This document shows positions 27,766-37,804 of a DNA stretch of 64,000 nucleotides, in pieces (within the stretch, counting starts at the first letter, position 1; each line of letters begins with the position of its first letter). A program made the translations under genes and the position numbers. The DNA is from an uncultured bacterium (GTDB lineage: Bacteria > Zhuqueibacterota > QNDG01 > DTFT01): NCBI GenBank assembly GCA_963736115.1, contig CAVTNR010000009.1, forward strand, positions 166,051-230,050, written 5' to 3'. Below the pieces are notes generated by a model. It worked only from the letters and a program-made list of their open reading frames with translations, ran no database searches and was not told the DNA's origin.

Positions 27766-30288
27766 TCACGGCAACCCCGACGCCGCGCCCAGCCTGGCGT
27801 CGTTGTACCACGACGTGTAGTCCTCGGTGGTCACCTGACCGTTCAGGTTTATGTCCGTGTCCTTGTATCCGGATTCCCCGAGGCGGGCGGAATTGTACCA
27901 GGCCGTGTAATCCATCGGTCGTCACCTGGCCGTCCTGGTTGATGTCCCCGACCCACATTCCGTAAACCCCGGTTTCCAGCAGTTTCACGGGATTTAAACC
28001 GTACGAGGACGAGGCATTGTCCGCGAAAGAGAAGGGGCTGGATGAGGAAACGGACAGACCCAGCGGATCCGCGCTCATCACGGCCGCATGATTCCTGTGC
28101 TTGACGACGACGTAATAGTCCCCTGCCGGCGCGCTGATCGGAATGCGCGTGATAAGTTCCGTTGTCCGACACGATGCGGCCGTCACTGCGGAGCAGGGCG
28201 CTTTTTGATGCGATTGCAGGCCCGTTTTCGTCCGCCCTCAGCTCAACCAGCACCCAATCCGTAATGCCGGACGGAACGGTCACGCTCCTGTCATTGTCCT
28301 CCTCATACGGCGGAACGGACGGGACCTGTGCCGCATCCCGGAGCGTTGTCACCATGGCGTCTCCGGCCGTTGAATACGCGCCCTCCAGAATGACTTTTGC
28401 GTCCACGAACACTTCAGGCGGATAAGCGGCGTTCACGTCGAGCTTGCCGTATCCCCAGGTGGCGTTGGGGCAGGCGCCTGTGTACGCGTCCGTGGCCGCG
28501 TTTCCGGTGATGGCGTCGTATAATTGCTGGGGCGTGAGGGTCGGGGTTTTTTGGAGAAGCAACGCCGCGGCGCCGGCAACAACCGGGCAGGCCATGCTGG
28601 TGCCTTGCATCACGTAATAATCCGCGTCTCCCCCGACTCACGCCGTCATTGTCCACCCAGAAAGAGTTAGAGATAGTAAATATATCTGTGTCCCGTATGG
28701 AAATGATTGCAGAACCGGGCGCTGTGATTTCCGGTTTTTGCGCTCCGTCTATTCGAGGCCCGCGGCTGGAAAACGAACAAATGATTCTCAACGCTCTCGC
28801 CATATGCTGTATAAGTAACTACCAATTATACTGGCGTGCCCAGTATTGACCGCGACGTCCAGGCCGCCACGGCCATGGCATGATCCGCGACTGCCGGACT
28901 GCCGACGGTATAGGCCGGGATCAGGCGATTGAAAAGTCACAGGCTGTGTCATTCCAGTATTCGTATATATGGAATGTCACCGTATTGGAAGAGTATGTCT
29001 GAACTCTCAAGTAATATGTATCCCTCGGACACAGTCGCGGTTGTACAGGAGACCTGCGATTCGGTAGCTCTGTGCACTTTCTGTGGTTGAGTACCAGGTC
29101 ACATCGACTGTATTCGGCTTTCGTCAGAGGCCGAAATATCGTGAGCTGAAGGGCGTTACTCGCCGATGATCCCGTCCCTCCATACCAGATTGAATTGCAA
29201 CTTCGTAGTCCCGGCTGCACCGCTAACCACGTATGGAATTTCGGACTGTGGACGTGTTCGGTCCGACCGTACCGCTGTAATGCCTTCCGTCATTCGCGGT
29301 GTTGCCGGCGGAAAGAAATACCAGCCCTGCCCTGCTCATAGCACCAGTCCACCGTCTGTTCCATCGACTCACTGCCGTCGTTGAAATACTCCCCACCCGC
29401 CATAGCTCATACTGATAATATCCGCATTGTACGTGCTGACCGCTGCTGTCATTGCCGCAACTATCGCGGCGCCCGTAGCGCCGCCGGTTACGTCTTGTCC
29501 GATTTTCAGAAAAACCAGATCCGCTCCCGGAGCCATGCCCTTGTAAGCGCCTCCGCCGTTCCCCGACATTGGCCGCAGACCGCACCCGCGGCCGAGTACT
29601 GTGCCGGTCACATGCGTACCGTGGCCGGTTGCTGTATTTTCCACATCTGTGTCAGATCGGATCCGTGCGTGAACCGGACGAATAGTCTTCCTTCTCGAAA
29701 CTCGCCGGCAAATCCGCATTGACCGGGTCCGTGTCCAGTCCGGAGTCCAGGATGGCGACCTTGACGCCTGATCCGTCGCTTCCCTTTTCCCAAACCAGAT
29801 CAGCCTCTGATCGCCTTGTACGCGGCATTGTTCTGCGGTTGAAGAATCCGCTCCGCTGAATCCATGCGCTTGATGAAAGGCAGTGCCAGAACGTCCGCGT
29901 GCTTCAATGGGGGCAGTTTCGCCAGAATGAAACCCCAGGGGTGTTTGCCGACAGGAGGCGTCCAGGTTTCAGGGTATACGGTCACGCCCAATTTGTCCAG
30001 CACTTTCAGGTTGGCGCCGCTCGGCACATCGAGCATGTACACCACGACCATGGCCCCGTCTTCGTCCTGAGCCGATGCCCGATCCGAGGCGGCGGCCAGC
30101 TTTTCGTCGAGCATCATCTCGAGCCCGCCGCCCAGCTTGTGGACAAGCGAATCCGGCGTGAACACGCGCCTGGGCCCGAAGGCATTCGTCCCGTTCCCGG
30201 TCCGGTTCTCTGCAAACAGGACGGTCGCGGCGGACAGCAACAGAACGATTACCGTGTGCATGCGGATTGCGGATTTACCGTTTATCAT
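27766..30288 (-). pseudogene. Secreted S8 subtilisin-like protease with C-terminal LEG/HRNH + dockerin-like module; multiply frameshifted (pseudogene or sequencing errors)
   Basis: Signal peptide; VAILDSG, GHGTHVTG and GTSMACP catalytic motifs in successive frames; tail ILEGAY..DWVLVELR..HRNH..GDINQDGQVTT..DINLNGQVTTEDY. Confidence 0.8.
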
Positions 30289-30329
30289 CTTCACCTCTTC
30301 CCTCGGGTCTCTATTCCAATCAAAACCGT

Positions 30330-30522
30330 TGTCATTGCGAGCCCCGCGGCAGCGGGGCGCGGCAATCTCAGCCTCAAACTGGTCCATCCGAGATTGCTTC
30401 GTCGCCGCGCAAACGCGGCTCCTCGCGACTCCACATCTCAAAACCCGTCGCGGAGAAATTGTCCGAAAGGCCCGCAGAAAAATGCGGGCCATTTCGGACC
30501 TACATGGCTACTCGCAATGACA
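30330..30522. repeat. TGTCATTGCGAG...CTCGCAATGACA palindromic element containing a nested GTAGGTCCGA-family unit
   Basis: 12-bp terminal inverted repeat, internal GCAATCTC/GAGATTGC stem, nested GTCCGAAAGGCCCGC...GCGGGCCATTTCGGACCTAC. Confidence 0.75.
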
Positions 30523-30524
30523 TA

Positions 30525-33009
30525 TTACGGCACCCGCGACGCGGCGCCGAGCCGCGCGTTATTGTACCACATCGTGTAATCCATGGTCGTGACCTGGCCG
30601 TCAAGATTCACGTCCTCAACGAGGTATCCGGACGCCCCGAGTCTGGCCGCGTTGTACCAGGACGTGTAATCCATGGTCGTCACCTGGCCGTCGCGGCTCA
30701 CGTCCCCGGCCCACATTCCGTACAGTCCGTCACGAAGCTGTTTCATCCCTGCCGGACCGTAGCTCTGGCCCTCTTCGGACAGATTGACGGTTCCACTTTC
30801 CCTGTCCGTCAGAAGAACCGCGGACGCGCTCATGACCGGCAGATGGTTGCGATGCCGTATCACTATATAATAGAATCCTGTGTCGATTTTCAGTGGAATC
30901 GGGCCCGCAAGGCTGTCCGGATCGACAATGGACCCGTCCGACAGCAGAATCGCGCTTCTGGACAGGAATGCGGGTTCGGACGGCCCGGTTCTGAGCTGTA
31001 TCAGCACCCAGTCCACCGCATTTTCCGGGAAATCGGTCACGGTTTCAGGATCCTCCGCATACGGGGAAGCGGAAGGAATCCGGCCTCCTCCATTCAATTC
31101 CGAAGACAGGTTGTCTCCCGCGGCATTGTACGGTCCTTCGAGAAACGCGATCGGGGACACAACCACCGCATGCGAACGGAACGTGTTGTCCGCTGAGAGG
31201 CCGAGCTTGCCCCATTGATTCTCCGATAATACGCGGAAATGATATTCCGTGTACGGGTCGAGGCCTGAAAGCATCACGCGATGCAAGGTGGTTCTGTTCG
31301 CGTCCAGTTCGGTCGTATGTCCATAAGCCTCGGTCGTACCGTACTCGACCTGCGAGGTCGCGGGGACGTCCGTGTCCCAGGCGATAAATGCGCTGTCCGT
31401 TCCAACCTCCTCAACACGGAGATTGGAAATCATGGGATAATCGCCGTACGTGTAACTCCCGGGCTGATAGTAATTCCAATTCTGTTTCAGGCGGGTGTAG
31501 AGCGGATCGTCCCATTTTGAAGGCTTGGGCTGGTTGGTATTCGGTTCCGCGTTCCAGTATATCTTGACCTGAAAGTCCGTGCTGTCGTACGATACGATTT
31601 CCTCCCTGCTGTCGCCCGCGACATCCGCGACATACAGCAAAGTCGCCTGCATGGCAGGCGTCTGGCCCGCGGTGGACCAGTACGCCGTGCCGGTCATGGG
31701 ATCAAGCACACCCAGGTTGCCGTTCGCGTGCCGTGCCAGGGACGCGATCTGATCCGTGGGCAGTCCGAACCAGTCGATGGTGGAAGAGGGTTCCACGCCC
31801 TCGCTGTTTCCGACCGGATTGAATCCCGCCGGAAGGGCGGCGCCGATGTTGTAATCCGCGATCTGAGCCCCTGTCGCATTGAACATCCAGGGATGCTGGT
31901 GGTCCAACCAGGGGAGCAGTGGCCCCCTTGAGCTCAGCCAGACTTCGGCGTGATTGTGAGCCGTCGTGAAGTTGCCGGCCGCGACGTTCTGCGGCTCCTT
32001 CGGCTTTTCCGGTTCGGGATAGTAGAGCGTTGTCTCGTTACGCCAGAGAATACCACCCGTGGCTCAGCATGGCCGTGTGGTAATCGTAAAAGAAGGGCCA
32101 TACAGATCCATTCGATGTATTGTCCTCTTCGACCACGATCCATTCGAGACCCGGCAGATCAGGCCTGAAATCACCCACGGTCACTGCGTCGATGTGATCC
32201 ACGTACTTGTCATATCCGTTCTCCCCCACCCATTCGGACGGATAGGAAAGCGTAGAGACGATACCTGTATGGTCCACGTAACCCGCGCCCACGACTTCGT
32301 CCCTGCCGTCATTGTCCACATCCGCGGCGATGAACGGGCCGTGCGCAGGCCCCCAGTAGCCTTCGTAATACCCGTTGACCGTGTTCCGGTCCTGTTCCAC
32401 ACGCCAGAGCTGGCTTTTGTTATCCATCCGATAAGCGATGAGCGCGCGGTTGTAGTAATAGGCCGGATGCGCCCCCTCGATGCTCGTATCCATGGTCTGG
32501 ACGATGATGTCCCGGTCACCCTCGCCGCGCAGGTTGACGATCTGCACGTGGCCGACAATCTGATCGGTATTGCTCGTACTCACGCTGAACCGGGTTTCTT
32601 CCTCTCCCGTGGCCCCGTCCAGAACCACCACCTGGTTCACGCCTGGTTCGTAATGCAATGCGATGATTTCCACCGTCCCGTCCCCGTCCACATCTCCGAC
32701 CGCATGCTTGACCGCGTGGTTGTTGATCAGTACCCCCGGATAGGAACAATCCGCGCTCCACATGAAAACGCCCCAATGGTCGTAAGCATACACCTTTGTC
32801 TTGGAGCGGTAAGTGAAATCGAGAAGCCCGTCTCCGTTCAGGTCCGCGGTGAAAAATGAGGAGAAATACCCCCAGATCTCGTCTTCGATCGGAAAAGTGT
32901 ACGGATTGGACGGATACTCGGGCATATCCGCAAGTCCGGATCCGAAGCCGAATACAACGCTGATCGCGAGAATGAGAAGGATGAAAAGGCTGCTGTCAGT
33001 TTTTCTCAT
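30525..33009 (-). CDS. Secreted FG-GAP/PL11 (rhamnogalacturonan lyase)-like beta-propeller + FN3 + LEG/HRNH + dockerin-like tail; one extra base at ~32057
   Basis: DLNGDG, DVDGDG, DVDNDGRDE, HID.VTVGDF.PD.PGLE motifs; FN3 (SQVEYG..GL.P.T.Y.F.V); two DxxxDGQVTTMDY repeats; frames join as LSHGGILW. Confidence 0.75.
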
Positions 33010-33195
33010 AACCCCAATAAAAAGGCAAAGTTCGGGCCATCCCCTCCGCATCGAATTCCAGTTGAAAGAGCGCCTAATTCCCGTTTTTACAAGACAGCTG
33101 ATCCCCCCTTGATCTCATGGGAAGACGCAAAAGCCATTTCTGAAGCCTAAAGATAGGAATTATTTTCCCTAAAACAAAGCACGTGAAAAAGAACA

Positions 33196-33226
33196 TCCCG
33201 CGGGTTTTTACCAACCAGCGGGAGGT
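33196..33226. repeat. CCTCCCGCGGGTT-family palindrome (degenerate copy)
   Basis: Similar to 37159-37190, 46963-46998 and 48765-48800. Confidence 0.6.
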
Positions 33227-33237
33227 ATTCCTGGGAA

Positions 33238-33275
33238 TAAAAAGAGCCGTCGGTATGACCGACGGCTCTTTTTTA
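33238..33275. terminator. Bidirectional Rho-independent terminator
   Basis: AAAAAGAGCCGTCGGT-ATG-ACCGACGGCTCTTTTT just after the 33297 stop. Confidence 0.85.
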
Positions 33276-33296
33276 TGTCTCTATGGAAGGTTACGT

Positions 33297-34451
33297 TTAC
33301 CGCATCAACGTCATTTTGCGCACAGCCGAGAACTCGCCGGCCTGCACGCGGACGAAATACATGCCGCTCGAAACCGCGTTCCCCAAATGATTCGTGCCGT
33401 CCCACTTGACGTCATACCGGCCCGCGGTCATGTGCCCGTCAGCGAGCATCTTCACTTCGCGGCCCAGCAGGTCGAATACACGAACGGATACAAGGCCGTC
33501 CTCAGGCAGTTCATAATGGATGGTCGTTTCCGGGTTGAACGGATTCGGGTAATTGCGCGACACGCTGAACTCCTCGGGCAGGGGGAGCGCCGCTTCAACC
33601 GCGATCGGGCCGAGAAACTGCGACTGGCCGGTCAGGGAAACTTCCTCGATCTTGTACCAGAACGTCTTTCCGTGCGCGCTCCTGTCCGTGAACGTGTAAT
33701 CGTTTCTGGACGAGGAATTGCCGCTGCTGGGGATGAGCGCGGTTGTGACGCGCTTATTGATCGCATTCTCGGATTCACCGCGCCACACGTGGAATCCGGC
33801 GCTGTTGGTCTCGCTCTCCGTGGTCCAGCTCAGCGTCACGCCCTCGCGGCTGGTTGTCTGGGCCGTGAAATTCGTCATCTGAACCGGCAGGGACATGTCG
33901 CCGAGGTCCTGGTTGGAAACCACAAAATCTATCTGAGAACCCTTTGGCGCATTGGTCCAATTGCTGAAATACGCGGCGGCATCCGTCGCGTCGGAGATGG
34001 TGACGTTGGCGGTCCCGGTTGAAGCGATGTACCATTTCAGCGTGACCACGGTCTGCCAACCGGCAGTGACATCCCAACCAGGCGGATTTCCGGGGGGTGT
34101 GGCAACATTCAGCGCATTGACAGTCGGCCCTGTGACCAGCAATCGATAATATCCGCTCCAGCGATCCGCCGAGGTGGCGTATCCATCCAGAAAGCTGAAG
34201 GCCCAGCCTGCGGACGGGTCATCGCCCCATTGTGTCAGAGTGGAGTTATAGTAAACATCGATAGTCATGGAAGCAAGCGTGCGGGGCGGAGTGCCCGTCA
34301 TCCGTACCTGAAGAGCCACATGAAATTCCTGGCCGACGGCCATATCGTTCCGGGTATTGATGAGCCGGAATTCCGCATCATCCGCCCTAACGATTTCAGA
34401 CATTAAAAAACATGCGGTTAACGCCATTAAAAATTTTATCGCATTTTTCAT
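33297..34451 (-). CDS. Secreted protein: cohesin-like N-terminal domain, LPV-junction Ig/FN3-like domain, FlgD/T9SS-like sorting tail
   Basis: Signal peptide; GQEFHVALQV..ASMTIDVYYN..L..VVTLKW beta pattern; SLPVQMTNF; NYPNPFNPET...SGMYF...KMTLMR. The cohesin call is pattern-based only. Confidence 0.7.
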   Translation of the reverse strand: MKNAIKFLMALTACFLMSEIVRADDAEFRLINTRNDMAVGQEFHVALQVRMTGTPPRTLASMTIDVYYNSTLTQWGDDPSAGWAFSFLDGYATSADRWSGYYRLLVTGPTVNALNVATPPGNPPGWDVTAGWQTVVTLKWYIASTGTANVTISDATDAAAYFSNWTNAPKGSQIDFVVSNQDLGDMSLPVQMTNFTAQTTSREGVTLSWTTESETNSAGFHVWRGESENAINKRVTTALIPSSGNSSSRNDYTFTDRSAHGKTFWYKIEEVSLTGQSQFLGPIAVEAALPLPEEFSVSRNYPNPFNPETTIHYELPEDGLVSVRVFDLLGREVKMLADGHMTAGRYDVKWDGTNHLGNAVSSGMYFVRVQAGEFSAVRKMTLMR

Positions 34452-34494
34452 CTTTTTCCTCCTCGCCAGATCATCAAGGTACTTTTCCAATATA

Positions 34495-34523
34495 AATATA
34501 AGGAGTCTTTTCCCTATACGCAA
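34495..34523 (-). promoter_or_regulatory. Sigma-70-like promoter candidate
   Basis: TTGCGT-N17-TATATT about 45 bp upstream of ATG 34451. Confidence 0.45.
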
Positions 34524-34635
34524 CCTGTTTATTATTCACGCGTTTCCCCGCTCGTTTTCACCTCTTCAATCCCCCGCCTCTCCGTCTCTCCCCTTCTCCG
34601 TTTCATTCATCCCAAAGCCCACATTATTCGAAAGA

Positions 34636-36660
34636 TCACGGCACCCGGGAAGAACCTCCGGCCCGCGCTGTGTTGTACCAGACCGAATAATCCGAAGTGG
34701 TCACCTGTCCGTCCAGATTGAAATCAGTCGGGACGTATCCGGAACCTCCGACTCTCGCGGAATTGTACCAGACCGTGTAATCCGTTGTCGTGATCTTGCC
34801 GTCCGCGTTCGCGTCTCCGGCCCACATGCCCCATATGCCGTTTTCCAGAAGGTGCTGCCCGCCTGTTCCGTAGCAGGATTCCGGCGAGGCCGTGAAGTCG
34901 ACACTCGCTGATGTTTGCAAATCGAGCGCCAAAGGCGAGGCGCTCATCACAGCCCCGTGATTGCGGTGCCGGACGACGACATGATACGATCCCGGCGGCA
35001 CGCCAGGAATGACCAGGTCCGCTGTCGTTCCGTCCGGTTCCACTATGGTCCCGTCATGCTTCAGGAAAAAGGACCGGCCGCCCGCGGTTGTGCTCCCGTC
35101 CGGGAGACGCAGTTCAACGAACACCCAGTCCGTCACGTCTTCGGGAACCGCGCCCTCGGTGCGTCCATCCGCATAGGGTGAAACAGAAGGGATCCGGTCC
35201 GAGGCGTTCAATTCCGTCGTCATGGTTCCGCCCGAACCGTAAGGCCCTTCGAGCATGACTCGAACCGCCGTGCGGACCCGGTTGGGGCTCGTGTACGCGT
35301 AAATGCACGGGTCGATGTATCCGTCCTCCGGGTTCCAGGACTGCCGGTCCGGCATCTTGGTCCAGCAATTCCCCCACTCGATGATCGGATTGTTGTATCC
35401 CTCGACCAGAGTTTCCGCGGGCAGGGGCGTGGCCCACCCGGGTGTCTGATACCGGACCTTGATGTAATAATCATTCCCGTCGGCCAGACAGACCGGCTGG
35501 GATAGGCTGAAGGTGTAGTATCCGGCATACGCGCAGTTCTGTTCCGGGACAGCCGCAAGCATGCCGGTCAGCCGGCTGTCGCCGTCGAAATCGTCATACA
35601 CTTCGACGCTGATCTTGGCTCCCGCGCTGACCGCCCAGGTGCCGATGCGGTCAAGCCGGACGTCCCCGTCCGCGACGAAACGGACCAGGCCGTCGGCTGT
35701 GTCCGTGATGTAGCCGACACTGCAGATGAATCCGGATTCCGCGTATGTGGTGATGCCCGACCCGGAAGTATAATCGATTGCGCCGCCGAATCGTGCGATC
35801 GAGGAATTGAATTTCGTGTCCTGGTAGGAGACGTAAAAGTACCCGGCTTCACCCCAGGCCGTTCCCCAACTGTTCTTGACGATCCACGCGCCTGTGCCGC
35901 CTGCCGTGACCTTGTTGTCGTCCCATCCGGCCAGGACAACCGCGTGGTTGGGAGAAGCGGTTCCGGGATAATGGTATGTGCGGTTCTGGGAATTGTAATA
36001 GGCAGTGGCATAATACATGTTGGTGTACAGGCCGCCGGAGGTCATCAAAGCGTTCTTGATGACCGCAGGATCACGGGGAAAAAAATGGACGGACGTGACT
36101 GTTCCCTGCGGATCGAATCCGGACGGGCAGTCGACCGTCTTATGATCGTCATCGTACGGATCATCCGCTTCCGAATAGGGTCCGGATCCCCTAACCAGGC
36201 ACGCGGATGCCATGTACGCATTGCCTCCGAGGCAGGGCGCCTTCAGAAACGGGAGATGGCAGGTGTTCAGGTGGTCTTCCGAAAGGTCAAACACGCCCCT
36301 GCCGCTGACCGCCCAATCGGACTCGACTGCGCCCAAAACGCCGAAAGCCCAGCAGGACCCGCAATTGCCCTGATTCTTCACCGGCGTCAGGCCGTTCGAT
36401 TCCCGGAGGTCAAACCTGGGAGGCGGTTCGGACTGGGGTGTCATCCACGCGCCGTCCACGGGCCGGTCTGAGTTGATCAGGAAAGGCGGCGGTATTTCTC
36501 CGAGCCGCCGGCCTTCAGCCGTGACGTCCCGATAACGGCCGTTCCTCTGCTGGTTTCTCCATCGCAGGAATTCAGGATTCCAGTTCTCGTCCCTGACCGC
36601 GCCTTGCGGAAAAGCCGAGGCCATCGCGGCCAGTACAACGACTGCAATTGTTTTTCTCAT
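34636..36660 (-). CDS. Secreted papain-like C1A cysteine protease with lectin-like domain and LEG/HRNH + dockerin-like tail
   Basis: Signal peptide; QGNCGSCWAF, NHAV, KNSWG catalytic motifs; tail MLEGPY..DWVFVELR..HRNH..GDANADGKITTTDY..DFNLDGQVTTSDY. Confidence 0.9.
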   Translation of the reverse strand: MRKTIAVVVLAAMASAFPQGAVRDENWNPEFLRWRNQQRNGRYRDVTAEGRRLGEIPPPFLINSDRPVDGAWMTPQSEPPPRFDLRESNGLTPVKNQGNCGSCWAFGVLGAVESDWAVSGRGVFDLSEDHLNTCHLPFLKAPCLGGNAYMASACLVRGSGPYSEADDPYDDDHKTVDCPSGFDPQGTVTSVHFFPRDPAVIKNALMTSGGLYTNMYYATAYYNSQNRTYHYPGTASPNHAVVLAGWDDNKVTAGGTGAWIVKNSWGTAWGEAGYFYVSYQDTKFNSSIARFGGAIDYTSGSGITTYAESGFICSVGYITDTADGLVRFVADGDVRLDRIGTWAVSAGAKISVEVYDDFDGDSRLTGMLAAVPEQNCAYAGYYTFSLSQPVCLADGNDYYIKVRYQTPGWATPLPAETLVEGYNNPIIEWGNCWTKMPDRQSWNPEDGYIDPCIYAYTSPNRVRTAVRVMLEGPYGSGGTMTTELNASDRIPSVSPYADGRTEGAVPEDVTDWVFVELRLPDGSTTAGGRSFFLKHDGTIVEPDGTTADLVIPGVPPGSYHVVVRHRNHGAVMSASPLALDLQTSASVDFTASPESCYGTGGQHLLENGIWGMWAGDANADGKITTTDYTVWYNSARVGGSGYVPTDFNLDGQVTTSDYSVWYNTARAGGSSRVP

Positions 36661-37006
36661 CCTGATCGCCCCCGGTTGTCCCCTAAGGCCGGTGCATATA
36701 CGAATGGACAGACCTCGATGCGGAAACCGCTTGTCCGGGCTTTTGGTTGTCAAATACCCCGAACAGCGAAAATCCGCATTAAAGCAGGGATGATGGCGTG
36801 CCGGATGGGAATGGACGAGAGCAGGAGAGGGATTACGCGCAGTTGAACCGCTGGCACTGCATGAAGCGAATCATCGATCCCCGTCCGCCAACGCGGATCA
36901 TCCAAATGACCGATTTAAACCGTTCAGGAATCCCCTTTGGCTGAATATCGCAATATGTTAATTCGGGGATTCTCTGGTCGGGATACACCGATCCACTTAA
37001 TACACG

Positions 37007-37022
37007 TGCAAGTCCAGTGCCA
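37007..37022 (-). promoter_or_regulatory. Sigma-54 (-24/-12) promoter
   Basis: TGGCACTGGACTTGCA (GG-N10-GC) in an intergenic region, oriented toward the protease cluster. Confidence 0.65.
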
Positions 37023-37158
37023 TAATCGGTGTCTTGGGGGTATCGGCTGTAATATTAAAAGGTTGGAGGATTCTGTGGGTCGGTATGTTCGGGAGTGAAA
37101 CCGGAAAAAATTACTTCAGCAGGCACGATTATCGTCCAATTATCCCCCCATAGAAAAG

Positions 37159-37190
37159 CCTCCCTCAGGTTGGTACAAACCTTCGGGAGG
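37159..37190. repeat. CCTCCCGCGGGTT-family palindrome (degenerate copy)
   Basis: CCTCCCTCAGGTT...AACCTTCGGGAGG. Confidence 0.6.
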
Positions 37191-37238
37191 GTTTTCTGAT
37201 ATTGGGATCAACGCATTACCCTAATTATTCCACTTTTC

Positions 37239-37276
37239 ATCCGCGAAAATCCGTTTCATCCGCCTGATCCGTGTTC
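37239..37276. repeat. 9-bp periodic ATCCG tandem repeat
   Basis: ATCCGCGAA ATCCGTTTC ATCCGCCTG ATCCGTGTT; reverse-complement array at ~49674-49709. Confidence 0.7.
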
Positions 37277-37290
37277 TATTTTTGGGACAG

Positions 37291-37710
37291 TCACTCCCCA
37301 ATCGCCTGCACCACGATGTCCCTCTTTCTCGGCCGCGTGTCGCAGTCCACGAGCACGATCTGCTGCCACGTTCCAAGCAAAAGGCGGCCTTTCTGGAAGG
37401 GGACGATCAGCGAGGGGCCGATGAGCGAGGCGCGCACATGGCCGTGTCCGTTTCCGTCTCCCCAGGTGTTATCGTGCTGGTAGGGATGGTCCGCGGGCGC
37501 GATTCGCTCGAGCGCTTCGGGGAAATCATGGAGCAGTCCGGGCTCGAATTCGATGGTCGTGACGCCGGCGGTCGCGCCGGGCGCGAACACCGTGACCTGT
37601 CCCTCGGTCATGCCGGTCTCGGCCAGGACGCCAGCCACCGCTTCAGTCAGATCGACCGGGTGGGAGTTGCCTTTCGTGGAGACGGGGATGTGGGATGTGT
37701 GGATTTTCAT
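37291..37710 (-). CDS. YjbQ/UPF0047 family protein
   Basis: TAGVTTIE.EP, NGHGHVRASL.G, L.LGTWQ.I motifs. Confidence 0.92.
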   Translation of the reverse strand: MKIHTSHIPVSTKGNSHPVDLTEAVAGVLAETGMTEGQVTVFAPGATAGVTTIEFEPGLLHDFPEALERIAPADHPYQHDNTWGDGNGHGHVRASLIGPSLIVPFQKGRLLLGTWQQIVLVDCDTRPRKRDIVVQAIGE

Positions 37711-37726
37711 GAACCCCTCCGATGAA

Positions 37727-37759
37727 AAGTGCCGGGCACCTTGAAGGTGCCCGGCACTT
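37727..37759. repeat. AAGTGCCGGGCAC-family palindrome
   Basis: AAGTGCCGGGCACCT-TGA-AGGTGCCCGGCACTT; second copy at 47948-47980, half copy at 48751. Confidence 0.8.
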
Positions 37760-37804
37760 GATTCACAAATACCAGCGTTCGTGGACCCCGGGGTCAGACA
37801 CAGT

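Noticed and set aside
30540-30710. Near-identical DNA direct repeats (GTGTAATCCATGGTCGT...ACCTGGCCGTC), also related between three genes, resembling CRISPR repeats or DGR template/variable repeats
   Set aside because: They are in-frame protein repeats of the dockerin-like module. There are only two per gene, no cas or reverse transcriptase gene is present, and I saw no adenine-specific divergence pattern.
33120-33152. GACGCAAAAGCC...CCTAAA resembling part of a c-di-GMP-I riboswitch
   Set aside because: The upstream GGCAAACC/GNRA stem is missing and the orientation is antisense to the neighbouring genes.
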